From Azolla caroliniana (Eukaryota > Plantae > Polypodiophyta): a stretch of DNA of 64,000 bases. A program made the position numbers and the translations under genes. The stretch's first letter is position 1. Each line of letters opens with the position of its first letter. The DNA lies in assembly GCA_043228905.1 (NCBI GenBank), contig JBHGNT010000003.1, forward strand, positions 3,224,001-3,288,000, read 5' to 3'. Below the pieces are notes generated by a model, which saw only the letters and a program-made list of their open reading frames with translations, had not been told where the DNA came from and ran no database searches. Positions 1-12,689 of this stretch are shown here, piece after piece.

Positions 1-534
1 AATGGCTACATCTCATTCTTTCATCTATACATAATCAATAGGCTATAAATTCGCAGGCTATTACAAATTTAAGCCCTAAATTCACCACTGAACCTTAATC
101 AAACCTTGGGGTAAAAATAAAGAAGCTTTGTTATTTCTGTTGTTTCTTATTCATTTGGGTGTTCATTATACGTTATTTTTGTTATTTCTCCATTTGGATT
201 GACAAGGAATTCGAGTTCTATGGGCTCATAAAGACATGGTCAAATATGCTATTTCCAATCAGACATTGTACTTAAGATAAATAATTTGATTATTATTGTA
301 TTATGGACTATCTGATTACAACATTGGTCAAATAAGCAATCATCTTGTCTTCTCCCTAATAAAATGAAGTACGTTTTGTATGAGTCTCATTAGACAATCA
401 AGTACGCTTTAACCGCATCACAACCATAACGTTACGATAGACTCCCCAACAGTAGCCATACAATGCATATCCAAAAATTTATGCAAGAGCTCAACTTAAA
501 AGGATGGGTGTTGGCAAGTAATATGCAAGTAATC

Positions 535-1260
535 ATGACACTTTCGCTCATGTTGTTCCACATGTTGACCAACTTCTGATCGCTCCCGAGGTGGTTCACT
601 ATCACCCCCGCCTTAGTCAAGATTGCTAGATCCTGTGCTATATCAATGGTCGAGTCCATTATGACAGCATACTTAGCAAACTCACCTCCAAAGACCTCCT
701 TCTTTGGAGGTCTGCTCATAGGCAAGGAGGTACTGCAGCACATTCTCCGTGCCTTCGTACACCACAATCCGCGGAAGATAGAGCTGAAGTTTCTTTCCAT
801 GATACTTGAACATTGATGTGCCAGTTGTATGAGCCGAACGTGCAGTGCTCGAAAAGAATAAGAATTCATGAATGAAGACGGTATCGATAGTGACCAGAAG
901 TTGGAAATCTTTAATGTAATCTTGGGAGAGGTTTATAATAATGCTTGTTAAGATGGTGGGGGTTAGGAATGAGGTATTCTATGAGCTCTCCCACATCTGA
1001 TTTATCATGTCTTTGGATGAATTTCTTCACACATAGTGCCTTACAGTCATGAAGACAGGATCTGGTCACAAGATATGTATACAATGGTGCAATGGTCAGG
1101 TTTTCATCCCAATATGGTTTCTTCTTGGCTTCCAAGAGATTTTTGGGAGAAATCGAAATCTTCACATTTTCATCGACGCTTCTTCTTCTACTACTATTAC
1201 TTCTTCTGAACCGATACTTTCTTCTTCATCTTCTTCTAAACTTAAAGATATTATTTTGTA
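535..1260 (-). pseudogene. DUF247-family pseudogene (type A, copy 1); frameshifted, C-terminal TM helix lost
   Basis: ORF pieces contain LTIAPLY...CKALCVKKFIQRH and KYAVIMDSTIDIAQDLAILTKAGVIVNHLGSDQKLVNMWNNM. Homology stops at ~535, where a dispersed repeat (gcaagtaatatgcaa) takes over. Confidence 0.85.
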
Positions 1261-2667
1261 TACTCAAGTTGTTAGTTGTTCACAAGTCTTCGATTCAACT
1301 TCCATCTCCCCAAATAATGGGGGTTTTGTGGCATATAGATTTTATGTTCATACAATTACTAATATTGTAATCTGAAATAATGCTTATGTGCACATGTCAT
1401 AGATTTTTCTACTTGTGTTCATTCCTAGGTTAGTGATATAGATTCCTTGTGATGCAATGTTCCATTTTCTATAATTTTTATAAAGGGTGAGCTCTCTTAT
1501 ACTTGTTGTTTGTGGTTATTTATATATGAATAAAGATCTCCAACTATTTGTGGGGAGCATTAAGTGATAGGTGAGCTTTATTACTTTGAAGGTGAGTTTC
1601 TTTCCCTGAAGGCAACCTTGTGAACCCAAGTTGGGAATATCCCACTATGTACCCCATCCATGAAAAAAGTATAGAATCATTTATGAAATTACGAAACAAT
1701 GTGAATCACACTATAACTATGACATTGATAAGTACAAAAAGTTAAAGTGTGATTCACATTGTTTCGGGTCATCTTGTACCGTTGAATGGAGCACCCACAC
1801 CACACAGATTGGGTATACAGGCATTTCAGCCCATTGTGAAGTTTAAGAGATATCGTGTTTATTGAAAGCCTGTAAACAATGTTGGTGAAAACTCTAAAGG
1901 TCATGAAACATAATTATGTCACATTAGAAGAGAAAAAGCAAGTCTAATTAAGACGTAGCGAAATTCGATTTTGGTAGCTCAATAATCCCCCATGAAAAGC
2001 AATAATTTGTGGAAGAAGTTTAAAGTTTGACTAGGCCAGGCTGCTGTAAAAGCTATGAAGATGCCACCATGTCTTGTCATATGAATTGCTTCATACAAAC
2101 CTCTCAATTACATCTGGTGATGACAGGAAGCTATGTATCCATCCAAGCACTAATGTAGTGTATTTAATGATTCAGTTTTAGGTTGTACCACTCAATATCG
2201 ATTATATAAGCATATCACAAAAATGAGATCAATAGGCTAACGTTAGCATATCACACAATGGAATTTTGAGATTAATAGACCAGTCCTCCTGTCTTGTTGA
2301 TTGCAATCTAACCAATCCTTCAAATCTATCATCCATCCAACAGTTATTGAAGTTTGATGGGGGTATATTGTAACAAACTTTCTAGTAATTGGCGGTATGA
2401 AAGACAAACTAAATGGATTTGGCGGAAGTGATTCGTTATTGTAACAACTTACAAGTATGTATGTTCATGAAACTAATAGAGCTAATAATCGCATTAGGGT
2501 TGATTTGGACATTCTATAATCAATCAATCTGTTTGCCATCGTGTTCAACTTGTAGGTAATTTAATGAACGTGGGATCAGGAAGAAAATGATGATGAAGAA
2601 ATCATGTATCATAGTACATTTATGTTTATGTGTTGCTAAGGTCTGAGATATTCCAAGACTAGGAATA

Positions 2668-2754
2668 TATATTTATTACTAAGTATACCTTCTCTAGGAA
2701 TCCTAGTGTTAACATTTCATTAGACTAGAAAAGGTATACTTAGTAATAAATATA
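2668..2754. repeat. 30-bp inverted repeat (hairpin) with 27-nt loop
   Basis: 2668-2697 tatatttattactaagtataccttctctag matches the reverse complement of 2725-2754 at 29/30 positions. Confidence 0.85.
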
Positions 2755-3067
2755 GGGAAAAGTACCAGGATACCCCTGGAAGTTCTTCTATTTACCAGAA
2801 TGCCCCTGGAAGTTTCAAATTTACCAAACTACCCCTATGTCTAAAAAATTACACTTTATAAAGTAATTATACACTCAAATCTTTCGTAAATAGGGTTAGT
2901 TCGGGTCCATTTCTTCCATCTTTGATAAATAGGGCTTGTAGATTTGAGTGTATAATTACTTTATAAAGTGTACTTTTTTTGACATAGGGGTAGTTTGGTA
3001 AATTTGGAACTTCCAGGGGCATTCTGGTAAATAGACGAACTTCCAAGGGTATCCTGGTACTTTTCCC
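2755..3067. mobile_element. Mutator-like MITE, 313 bp, ~128-bp TIRs, 9-bp TSD ATAAATATA
   Basis: Starts GGGAAAAGTACCAGGATACCC and ends GGGTATCCTGGTACTTTTCCC. ATAAATATA at 2746-2754 and 3068-3076. Confidence 0.92.
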
Positions 3068-3456
3068 ATAAATATATGGCTATAATCTCAGCAAGGATCG
3101 GGCTAAATGATAGGAAAATCAAAACCAATCCGAACATGGTGGTCGCATGTAATAAGATGGGTAAGAATGATTTCAAAGTACATATTTTTGTATTTCTGCA
3201 CTACAAAAAAATATAGTCACATGGTATAAGATTCAAAAATAGGATAATATTCAGCTTTGCAATGAGACTCTATGCATTACGTTTTTTGTGGATCCGACTC
3301 CGCTTGTGTGCTAATGTGCCTTTAAACTAGCTAAGGACGTAGGTCCTTGAGAAGCTCGCCAATCTTCGGAATTGAGAAGAAATGACATCCATGTATAGAA
3401 TTAGAAATGAGCAATAATTGGGATATATCAAATGAGAATTTGGTCAATCTAATCAA

Positions 3457-3467
3457 TCTCCTCTCTC

Positions 3468-3518
<51 letters not shown>
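3457..3518. repeat. Compound (CT)n(AT)n microsatellite (shorter paralog at ~7712-7749)
   Basis: Directly visible. Confidence 0.9.
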
Positions 3519-3519
<1 letters not shown>

Positions 3520-3829
3520 GAACTTAAAATAATAAACTTACATCAGAGTATTATTGTCTTCTTTATATTATAGTTCGTAGTTGTTTTGAAGTTTTCAATA
3601 TTTCAACTTTCATCTTTCCTAATTTATGATGACTGTATGGCATTTAGATTTCGATTTCGTTACGAGTTCTCATTCCTAGATTACATACTGACAAAAACAT
3701 AATCACAAATCATGATTATGTTGCATATAGTGTTTTTCTATGATTTTTTATTCCAAGGATAGTGACATAGATTCCTTGTAGTGGTAGGTTACCAAACATA
3801 TTGAATCCAAGAGAGGGAAAGAGAGAGAT

Positions 3830-4105
3830 TGTGTAGATCATCTGCAATAGTGATCGATGTCATTAACCAATGGACTAGAGAGGAACCCCAATGGGCTCCC
3901 ATGGCATCTTTGGTCAGCTCTTCCCATCTTTCTGATGGGACATTGTACTGAACCCCAACCACATTGTCGAGTTGTGGAAGATCAAACTGAACTTTTCTCT
4001 TAGTCATACTTGAGGGAGGTGCCAGTTCATGAGGGGTGAGGGGATGACGTTATATGGATTTAGCTCTTCCATATCTGATATCCCATGTCTTCCATGAAAT
4101 CCTTG
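3830..4105 (-). pseudogene. Degenerate DUF247 N-terminal-domain fragment (copies also at ~8065-8340 and ~26800-27078)
   Basis: Minus strand reads RHGISDMEEL..VIPSPHEL, resembling RHDKSDVGELIEYLIPNPHHL of the type A copies. Confidence 0.5.
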
Positions 4106-5015
4106 TTGTTAATGTAGTTAGTTAGTAGAATTTATGTGTGTTTTATTATCCGATAATCATGATGGCTATGACTGTTTCCCAACTTTGTTTACGAATTTTA
4201 ATGGACAATCGTAATGGCACTCGTAGCAGTGATTAGTGAAGTAATTAGTGTTTTCTGCATTGAGCAAGAACTACTCGAACGCCAGCAAAGTTAAGTTTCA
4301 GTTTATTTTATTGTGTAAACTTATATTTCCTCTCAAACAATGACAGTGTAGAAATGAATTGAGTCAATTCGTCCCCATTTTCCTTCAAATTACTCATGTT
4401 GATTTGCGACGAACTTCTAATTCAATTTATTTAAAATCAGGTTGTGAAAATGATGTGATCAATATTTGTGTTTTTCAAATGTGTCCTGATCAGTGATGTA
4501 TTTACTATCATTAATCTAACAGAGATGGACACAAAAACATCTAACAACTTTGCTTCAAATAAAGTAAAACTTTGTCTCTAACTAAAATCAAGATCAAGCT
4601 TGTCTGTAATATAAATTAAAGAATGGCAAGGTGTATGAGTTGAGGAGGAACATCCTTCCATATGCACAAGACCTTTACAATAAGCAGTGAACTCTGATAG
4701 GTATACTCAGCACATCATTTTGGCATTCTTATCTCCAGTTTGTGTATGTGTCTGATTAATGACACTTTGACATCTCTAGTATTTTCACTTAGGAAATTAT
4801 GTTTTTGTGGTGAAAGTTATTGAATACTCGACCTTCGAAATGCACGAGTTATGCCCAATATGTAATTGATTGATATATTTGAAGATATTAAAATATGACC
4901 ACGTCAATATATTAATATCAGAGTGTTCTAAAGCCTAGAGAAGAAGAAATTGAGCTTCAGTACTTCACTGCGTCAATCTACTGATATTTAAGTCCCACAA
5001 CATCTATGTCCATTA

Positions 5016-5810
5016 ATTTATACATGAATCATTGAAACGATTCACCATAAATAAATAATCGTCCACAAATATTCATAGGGCAATCCGATTCAAGACTACA
5101 ATTTACAAATACATAAATAATAGGAGTTAGTTAAGCTATAAAATCAAACCAATAAATAATTTATACAAGAATCATGAAAACGATTCACCATAAATACATA
5201 ATCTTCCACAATGTTTCCTAGGGATATCTGGTTCAGCAATATAAATACATAAATAATGGAAAATTTTTAAGCTAATAAATCAAACCAATATTTAACTTAT
5301 ACATTAATCATAAAAACGATCAACCAGATGTACATAATCTTCCACAATATTTGATTAGGCAATCTGTCCCGGACTATAAATACGTAAATAGTGGGCAGTA
5401 AACGAACCCGTAGATCAACCTAATAACTAATTTATAGATAAATCATGGAAACGATTTACAATTAGTACGTAATCTTCCCCAATGTTTCATAACGCAATAT
5501 GGTCCAGTACTATAAATAGCAAATGGTCGGGCATTAAATAAACCTATGAATCAAAGTAATATTTAATTTATACATGAATCTTGAAAACGATTCACATATG
5601 TATATAATCTTTTACGATATTCCATAAGGCAATCTGGATCAGCACTACAAATACATAAATAGTCGGGCATTAAATAGACATATGAATCATACTAATATTT
5701 AATTTAAGAATGAATCATGAAAACGATTCACCATAAGTACATAATCTTCCACAATATTTCAGAAGGCAATCTGGTTTCGGACTACAAAGATATAAATACT
5801 GGGCAATAAT
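5016..5810. repeat. ~136-bp tandem repeat array, ~6 units, just 3' of DUF247 gene
   Basis: Motif ttatacatgaatcatgaaaacgattcaccataagtacataatcttccacaat recurs at ~5017, 5160, 5297, 5432, 5568, 5704. Confidence 0.9.
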
Positions 5811-5881
5811 CAAACGGTGGAGGGAAGAAAAGCTTGTTGAGTTGAAGGTTTATTTGGTCTTTTCATAGTGTTAATGTTAGG

Positions 5882-7252
5882 TTAAGTTTTGCTGCTGAGA
5901 TAACCTAAGACTGCGAAGACTGTTTGCAACATTGATGTTAATAGTAGTAGAAAGGCGGATACGAATGATACCGTATACCATGGCCGAGAAACGAGCGTTG
6001 CATGAAACTCGATAGCCCAGCGATGCCAACTGGAGGAATGGTCGGCCACTATACAGTCTACCATATATCTGGTTCGAGTGTTCTTGTACCTCTTTTCGAT
6101 GCACATGTTTTTCCACATGTTGACCAATTGCCTACTGCTTCCAAGTTGGTTGTCTATGACTCCGGCTTCTTGCAAGATTTCGATATCTTCTTCGTTTCCG
6201 ATGAGTTGATCCATTATCAAGATGTACATCTGAACATCAGTTCTAGTCCCTTCCATTATTTCGAATGCGACGAGGTTTCGTAGCACATCCTCCGTGTCTT
6301 CTTTTACGGAAATTATCGGAAGATTTAGTCGATGGTGTCGATGGTCATAACAAATCGCTGAAATGTTTCCCGGAGACCCCGTGAATGAAATCTTGGCTAT
6401 TCGGAGTTCAGATGCCCTTGGCAGTTGAAGGAAACTCTTTCTGGCAGTCGCTGTGAGGTTAGAACATCCTAGCTTTTTCAGTATAAAAGAACCCCATTTA
6501 GCAAGTATTCTCCTGCTTTTTTGTGACATTGTTAGCTCACGAGTTATAATCCAGCATCCGCCTAAAATGGATATTACACAATCCATACAATTATCCGTAA
6601 CGCTTGGAATATGTTGTTCCTCCATAACCATCAACATGTGGAAGTACTCAAGTAAAGTTAAGCTAGGCCTTTGTCGTAATTCGTTTTCCATATTAAACAT
6701 CTTTTGTATATTCAATTTAGACAAATCGAATGGACTCACCCCCTTAAAAAAGTTTATCAATGTCGTATCTAAAAAATCATTGGACCATATCGTCCAGTAG
6801 AATTTAAGAGGTTTCAGGAGAAACTTCATCGGAATTTGGTTTCTTAGGAGCAGGGAATCTCTTGCTACACTCGCTTTGGAATCCTCGGGAAACGTTAGAA
6901 GGAGTTCTAGCAAGAAGATTGTGTCGATAGTGATCACAAGTTCTACCCACTCTAGGTCTGAAATGTCAACGTAGTGCTTTGAAGATGTAGGTTTTAGATC
7001 AAACTCGAATGCCTCTATGAGCTGTTTGGCTGGTATGCCTTCTCCTCTATTCATGAATATTTGAAATGTTTTTGCTTTCCAGGATCTCATGCCCTCCAAT
7101 TCTAGACTTTTATAGAATGGACCAACGGTCATTAATCTAGGTTTGTATGCTTTGTCCCTCAGTTTCGAGTAGGCTTCGGGGTACCTTGAAATTCTAAAAA
7201 TGTTGGGATTAGTTGTATCTTCGTTGTTATCGTTGTTGATCAATTGAAGCAT
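5882..7252 (-). CDS. DUF247 (UPF0481-like) protein, 456 aa, single exon, C-terminal TM helix
   Basis: Family motifs AYKPRLMTVGPFY, RDSLLLRNQIPM, LPRASELRIAKISF, LNLP..TEDVLRNLVAFE, DQLI..EEDIEILQEAGVIDNQLGS, and SRPWYTVSFVSAFLLLLTSMLQTVFAVL. Confidence 0.93.
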   Translation of the reverse strand: MLQLINNDNNEDTTNPNIFRISRYPEAYSKLRDKAYKPRLMTVGPFYKSLELEGMRSWKAKTFQIFMNRGEGIPAKQLIEAFEFDLKPTSSKHYVDISDLEWVELVITIDTIFLLELLLTFPEDSKASVARDSLLLRNQIPMKFLLKPLKFYWTIWSNDFLDTTLINFFKGVSPFDLSKLNIQKMFNMENELRQRPSLTLLEYFHMLMVMEEQHIPSVTDNCMDCVISILGGCWIITRELTMSQKSRRILAKWGSFILKKLGCSNLTATARKSFLQLPRASELRIAKISFTGSPGNISAICYDHRHHRLNLPIISVKEDTEDVLRNLVAFEIMEGTRTDVQMYILIMDQLIGNEEDIEILQEAGVIDNQLGSSRQLVNMWKNMCIEKRYKNTRTRYMVDCIVADHSSSWHRWAIEFHATLVSRPWYTVSFVSAFLLLLTSMLQTVFAVLGYLSSKT

Positions 7253-7712
7253 TGACTGTCTCCATTTAGTTTCTTTTAGGTTAGGTTGATGGGAACCTAT
7301 CTGTCTTTATATTTTTATTGTTTAATGCGGTAGCGCAGTCTAGATTCTCAGAAAGGATCGGGCTAAATGATAGTAAAATCAAAACTAATCCGAATATGCC
7401 CGCATGTAATAAGATTGGTAAGAATGATTTCAAAGTACATATATTTGTATATCTGCACTACAGAAAAATATAGTCACATGGTATAAGATTCAAAAATTGA
7501 TAATATTTACCGATACAAGGTGGTGTTGTGCATTACGTTGTTTGTGGATCCGATGCCGCCTCTGTGCTAATGTGCCTTTAAACTAGCTAAGGAGGTACGT
7601 CCTTTAGAAGCTCGCCAATCTGGGGAATTGAGTAGAAATGACATCCTTGTATAGAGTTAGAAATGACCAATAACTGGGATATATTAAATTAGAGTTTGGT
7701 CAATCTAATCAA

Positions 7713-7749
<37 letters not shown>

Positions 7750-9092
7750 GAGAACTTGTCGGTATGTATGTTCATTAGACTAATAGAGGTAATAATCGCA
7801 TTAGGGTATATTTGGACATTATTTAGACATTCATCTTTCCTAATTTATAATGATTGTATGGCATTTAGATTTCCATTTCGTTACGAGTTCTCATTCCTAG
7901 ATTACATACTGACAAAAACATAATCACAAATCTTGATTATGTTGCATAAGGTGTTTTTTTATGATTTTTTATTTCAAGGATAGTGACATAGATTCCTTGT
8001 AGGCCAATAATGTAGTGGTAGGTTACCCGACATATTGAATTCAAGAGAGGGAAAGAGAGAGATTGTCTAGATCATCTGCAGTACTGATCGGTGTCACTAA
8101 CCAATGGACTAGAGAGGAACCTTAGTGGGCTCCCATGGCATCTTTGGTCAGCTTTTTCCATCTTTTTGATGCAACATTGTACTGATCCTCAACCACATTG
8201 TTGAGTTGTGGAATATCAAACTGAACTTTACTTTTAGTCATACTGGAGGGGGGTGCCAGTTCATGGGTGGTCAGGGAATGAGGTTATATGGATTTAGCTC
8301 TTCCATATCTGATATTCCATGTCGTCCATGAAATCCTTGTTGTTAATGTAGTTAGGTAGTAGAATTTATGTGTGTTTTATATTCCGATAATCATGATGGC
8401 TATGACTGTTTCTTAACATTGTTTACGAATTTTAATGGACAATCGTAATGGCACTCGTAGCAGTTTAGTGAACGAATTAGTGTTTTCTGCGTTCACCAAG
8501 AACTACTCAAACGTAAGCAAATTTAAGTTTCAGTTTATTTTAATGTGTAAACCTATATTTCCTGTCAAACAATGACAGTGTGTAAAGGAATTCAGTGAAT
8601 TCGTACCCATTTTCCTTCAAATTACTCGTGTTGATTTACGACGAACTTCTAATTCAATGGAAATCCAATTATTTGAGTAAAAATGGATGAAATGACCCCT
8701 GAATTTATACAATGTGAAGTTTAAGAGATATCGTGTTTATTGAAAGCCTGTAAACAATGTTGGTGAAAAGTCTAATGGTCATGAAACATAATTATGTCAC
8801 ATTAGAAGAGAAAACGCAAGTCCGATTAAGACATAGTGAAATTCGTTTTTGGATAAACAAAATCTTTGTGGAAAAAGTTTAAGGTTTGATTAGGCCAGGC
8901 TGCTGTAAAAGCTGTGAAGATTCCTCCATGTCTTGTCATATGAATTCCATCATAACAAGCACTCAATTACATCTGGCGATGACAGAAAAGTGTGTACAAT
9001 CCAGGCAATAGTTAGTGTATTTAAATATTCAGTTTTTGGTTGTACCCCTGAATATTAAGTATATAGCATATTACAAAATTGAGATGAATAGG

Positions 9093-9300
9093 CTAACGTT
9101 AGCATATCACGCAATGGAATTTTGGGATCAATAGACCAGTCTTCCTGTCTTGTCGATTGCATTCTAACGTTAGCATATCACGCATTGGAATTTTGAGATC
9201 AATAGACCAGTCTTCTTGTCTTGTCGATTGCATTCTAACGTTAGCATATCACGCAATGGAATTTTGAGATTAATAGACCAGTCCTACTGTCTTGTCGATT
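9093..9300. repeat. 71-bp tandem repeat x3
   Basis: ctaacgttagcatatcacgc...gtcgattgcatt starts at 9093, 9164, 9235. The same sequence is single-copy in paralogous modules (~2238, ~20572). Confidence 0.88.
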
Positions 9301-10369
9301 ATATTCCGAAAATCATGATGGCTATGATTGTATCCCAACTTTTTTTACGAATTTTAATGGACAATCGTAATGGCACTCGTAGCAGTGATTAGTGAACTAA
9401 TTAGTGTTTTCTGCATTGAGCAAGAACTACTGGAACGCCAGCAAAGTTAAGTTTCAGTTTATTTTATTGTGTAAACTTATATTTCCTCTCAAACAATGAC
9501 AGTGTATAAATGAATTGAGTCAATTCGTCCCCATTTTCCTTCAAATTACTCATGTTGATTTGCGACCAACTTCTAATTCAATTTATTTCAAATCAGGTTG
9601 TGAAAATGATGTGATCAATATTCGTGTTTTTCAAATGTGTCCTGATCAGTGATGTATTTACTATCATTAATCTAACAGAGATCGACACAAAAACATCTAA
9701 AAACGTTGCTTCAAATAAAGGAAAACTTTGTCTCTAACAAAAATCAAGATCAAGCCTTTCTGTAATGTAAATTAAAGAATGGCAAGGAGTATGAGTTGAG
9801 GAGGAACATCCTTCCATATGCACAAGACCTTTACAATAAGCAGTGGATTGTGATAGGTATACTCAGCACATCATTTTGGCATTCTTGTCTCCAGTTTGTG
9901 TATGTGTCTGATTAATGACACTTTGACATCTCTAGTATTTTCACTTAGGAAATTATGTTTTTGTGGTGAAAGTTATTGAATACTCCACCTTCGAAATGCA
10001 TGAGTTATGCTCAATATGTAATTGATTGATATATTTGAAGATATTAAAATATGACCACGTCAATATATTAATATCAGAGTGTTGTAAAGCCTACCCCCCA
10101 GTTAAGATGTCTATTTCCCTAATTAATTGTTCCTATCAGTTGGGTTCAAAACCAAAATACACATCAAAGGAGTAGTTCAGAGAAATTACTCAATGGAAGG
10201 CCAATTATTTGAGTAAAAATGGATGAAATGACCCCTGAATTCATGCAATGTGAAGTTTAAGAGATATCGTGTTTATTGAAAGCCTGGAAACAATGTTGGT
10301 GAAAAGTCTAAAGGTCATGAAACATAATTATGTCACATTAGAAGAGAAAACGCAAGTCTAATTAAGACT

Positions 10370-10786
10370 ATAAACACATAATCTTCCACAATATTTGATA
10401 AGGCAATCTGGATCAGCACTACAAATACATAAATAGTGGGCAATAAACAAACCCGTAGATCAACCTAATAACTAACTTATAGATGAATCATTGAAACGAT
10501 TTACAATAAGTACATAATCTTCCCCAATATTTCATAACGCAATATATGGTCCAGGACTATAAATAGATAAATGGTCGGGCATTAAATAAACCTATAAATC
10601 AAACAAATATTTAATTTATACATGAATCTTGAAAACGATTCACATAAGTATATAATCTTCTACGATATTCCATCAGGCAATCTGGATCAGCACTACAAAT
10701 ACATAAATAGTCGGGCATTAAATAAACATATGAATCATACTAATATTTAATTTAAGAAGAATCATAAAAACGATTCACCATAAGTA
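10370..10786. repeat. ~136-bp tandem repeat array, ~3 units, fused directly to truncated DUF247
   Basis: Same motif as 5016-5810; joins coding sequence at agtacat|cctccgtttca. Confidence 0.88.
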
Positions 10787-11843
10787 CATCCTCCGTTTCA
10801 TCGTCCACGATTATTAGCGGAAGATGTAGTCGACGTTTTCGGTGCTTATACTTTATCACTGAAATGTTACCTAGGGTCGCCGTGAATGAAATGTTGGCTT
10901 TGCGGAGTTCAGATGCACTTGGCAGTGGAACAGACCTCCCTTTGTTAGATGCTGCGAGGTTGGAACATTGTAGGTTGTTCAGTAAAGAAGAACACAATTG
11001 ACCAGGTATTCTCCTGCCTTCTTCTGAAATGGATATTCCACAATGTATATTCCCACATCCTTCTAAAATGAATTTTCTACAGTCCATACAGTCATCCCTA
11101 GTCTCGTTTGGAATATGTCGTAAATCCGTAATTCTCGACAGGTAGACGCACTCAAGTAGTGTTAAGCCAATACTCCTCTCGAAGGCGTCTTCCCCATCAA
11201 ATATCTGTTGTATATTCTTCTCTAAAATAAAGAATGGAGTCCTCCAGTTAATAAAGTTTCTGATTACCTGATTCATATTAGAGGTCAATGTCGTTGGGTA
11301 GAGTTTATAAAGTTTCAGGAGAAATTTGATTGGAATTTGGTTGCCGAGGAGGAGGGAATCCCTGTTCATGCTCTCTATATCTGACCACATGGAAGACCAC
11401 CCGTCTTTGACAGCCCTGTCATTCTCTATGAGCAGTTCTAAGAGGAAGACTGTGTCGATAGCGATCACAAGTTCCAGCCACTGTATGTCGCCATATGCGT
11501 TGGAAATGTCAGCATAGTGCCAGGTAAGTCTAGGTTCTTGATCAAACTTGAATGCCTCTATGAGCTGTTGTATACCTGTTATGCCATGCTTTTTCATGAA
11601 CATTTTAGTAGCATTTGCTTTGCGGTTTATAATGTAATCCAATTCTAGACTTTTAAAGAATGGACCCATGGTCAGTAATCTAGGTTTGTATGTCTGGGTC
11701 TTCGGCTTTGAGGAGGCTTTGGGGTACTTTGAAATTCTTAAAATTTCGGGATCAGCTGTATCTTCGTTGTTATCGTTGTTGATCAATTCAAGGATTGACA
11801 GTCTCCATTTAGTTTCTTTTAAGTCTGGTCGACGGGAACCCAT
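10787..11843 (-). pseudogene. DUF247 (type B), open 5' two-thirds, 3'-truncated after ETEDVL
   Basis: The 363-aa ORF has YKPRLLTMGPFF, RDSLLLGNQIP and LPSASELRKANISF, then runs into the 136-bp repeat. The RNL..FE, NxLGS and TM segments are missing. Confidence 0.88.
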
Positions 11844-12689
11844 CTTTCACAGCGCACTCTAGATTTTCCACAGCTGCTTCTTCGGTGAAAGTGGTGTAGT
11901 GATGATTCTCGTTATTATTTGGAGCTGTCACTCTTTGGATGTCTTTTCTACGCTCAGTAATCTCAGTATACATATTAGTAATGTTCGTTCTTTCACGTAA
12001 TTTAATTGTCTTTTTGTATCACAGATTCGTTGCTTGTTCTCTTGAAATCGTGGTTGCTTATATTCTTTTCGTAGTCTGGAGGTCAATTTATCTAAATGCG
12101 ATGCATTCTGTGTTTGAAAGAGAGAAAAAAGGATATAGAGGTTTTTTTGAAGAATAGTAATTTCCATGTAAACCCGAATCATTGCACCTTACAATGCGTT
12201 TAGTCGATTATTGAATTATTTTCTATTTTATCATCTTATTTCTGTTCTTTTATGTTGTCTATCTTATAGTGTCACGTAGGCCTTTGCTTGTGTAAAGTAT
12301 CCAGTGCTCCTCATAAGTTTTTGGTTTTCCGTGGACACTCCCTCCTACTGTGTTGTGTTGTGTGTGGGGAAATGAATATAGAGACTTCGCCTTTAAGATG
12401 AGCATCACGGTGATGAAAATCGTTCCTATCTTCATCTGAATTGATACTTGATTCCAATGAATTGTTCTGTGTGCTTCTGTATCAGTTGTCTTGACTTGTT
12501 AGTGCATGTTTCTTTGTAGACCGCTCAATAATATATGAAAAGACCCATGACAGTTATGTTTAATGCGGTTTCAAAATATATCACTGAATAATAGTTATGA
12601 TTAATATAGATAAGGAGATCTTCTAAGATCTTGTTGAATACTTTTTGTTTTTGATAGATATGAAATGATTAAAGATGTAAATACCAATT

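Noticed and set aside
2961-3176. Hydrophobic 71-aa ORF
   Set aside because: Non-ATG start, and it runs into the MITE TIR.
5016-5810. 136-bp repeat arrays as CRISPR arrays
   Set aside because: Whole units are homologous with no unique spacers, there are no cas genes, and the context is plant nuclear.
6002-6800. Plus-strand ORFs opposite DUF247 genes (also 11326.., 31033.., 45159..)
   Set aside because: Antisense shadows of the real coding frame.
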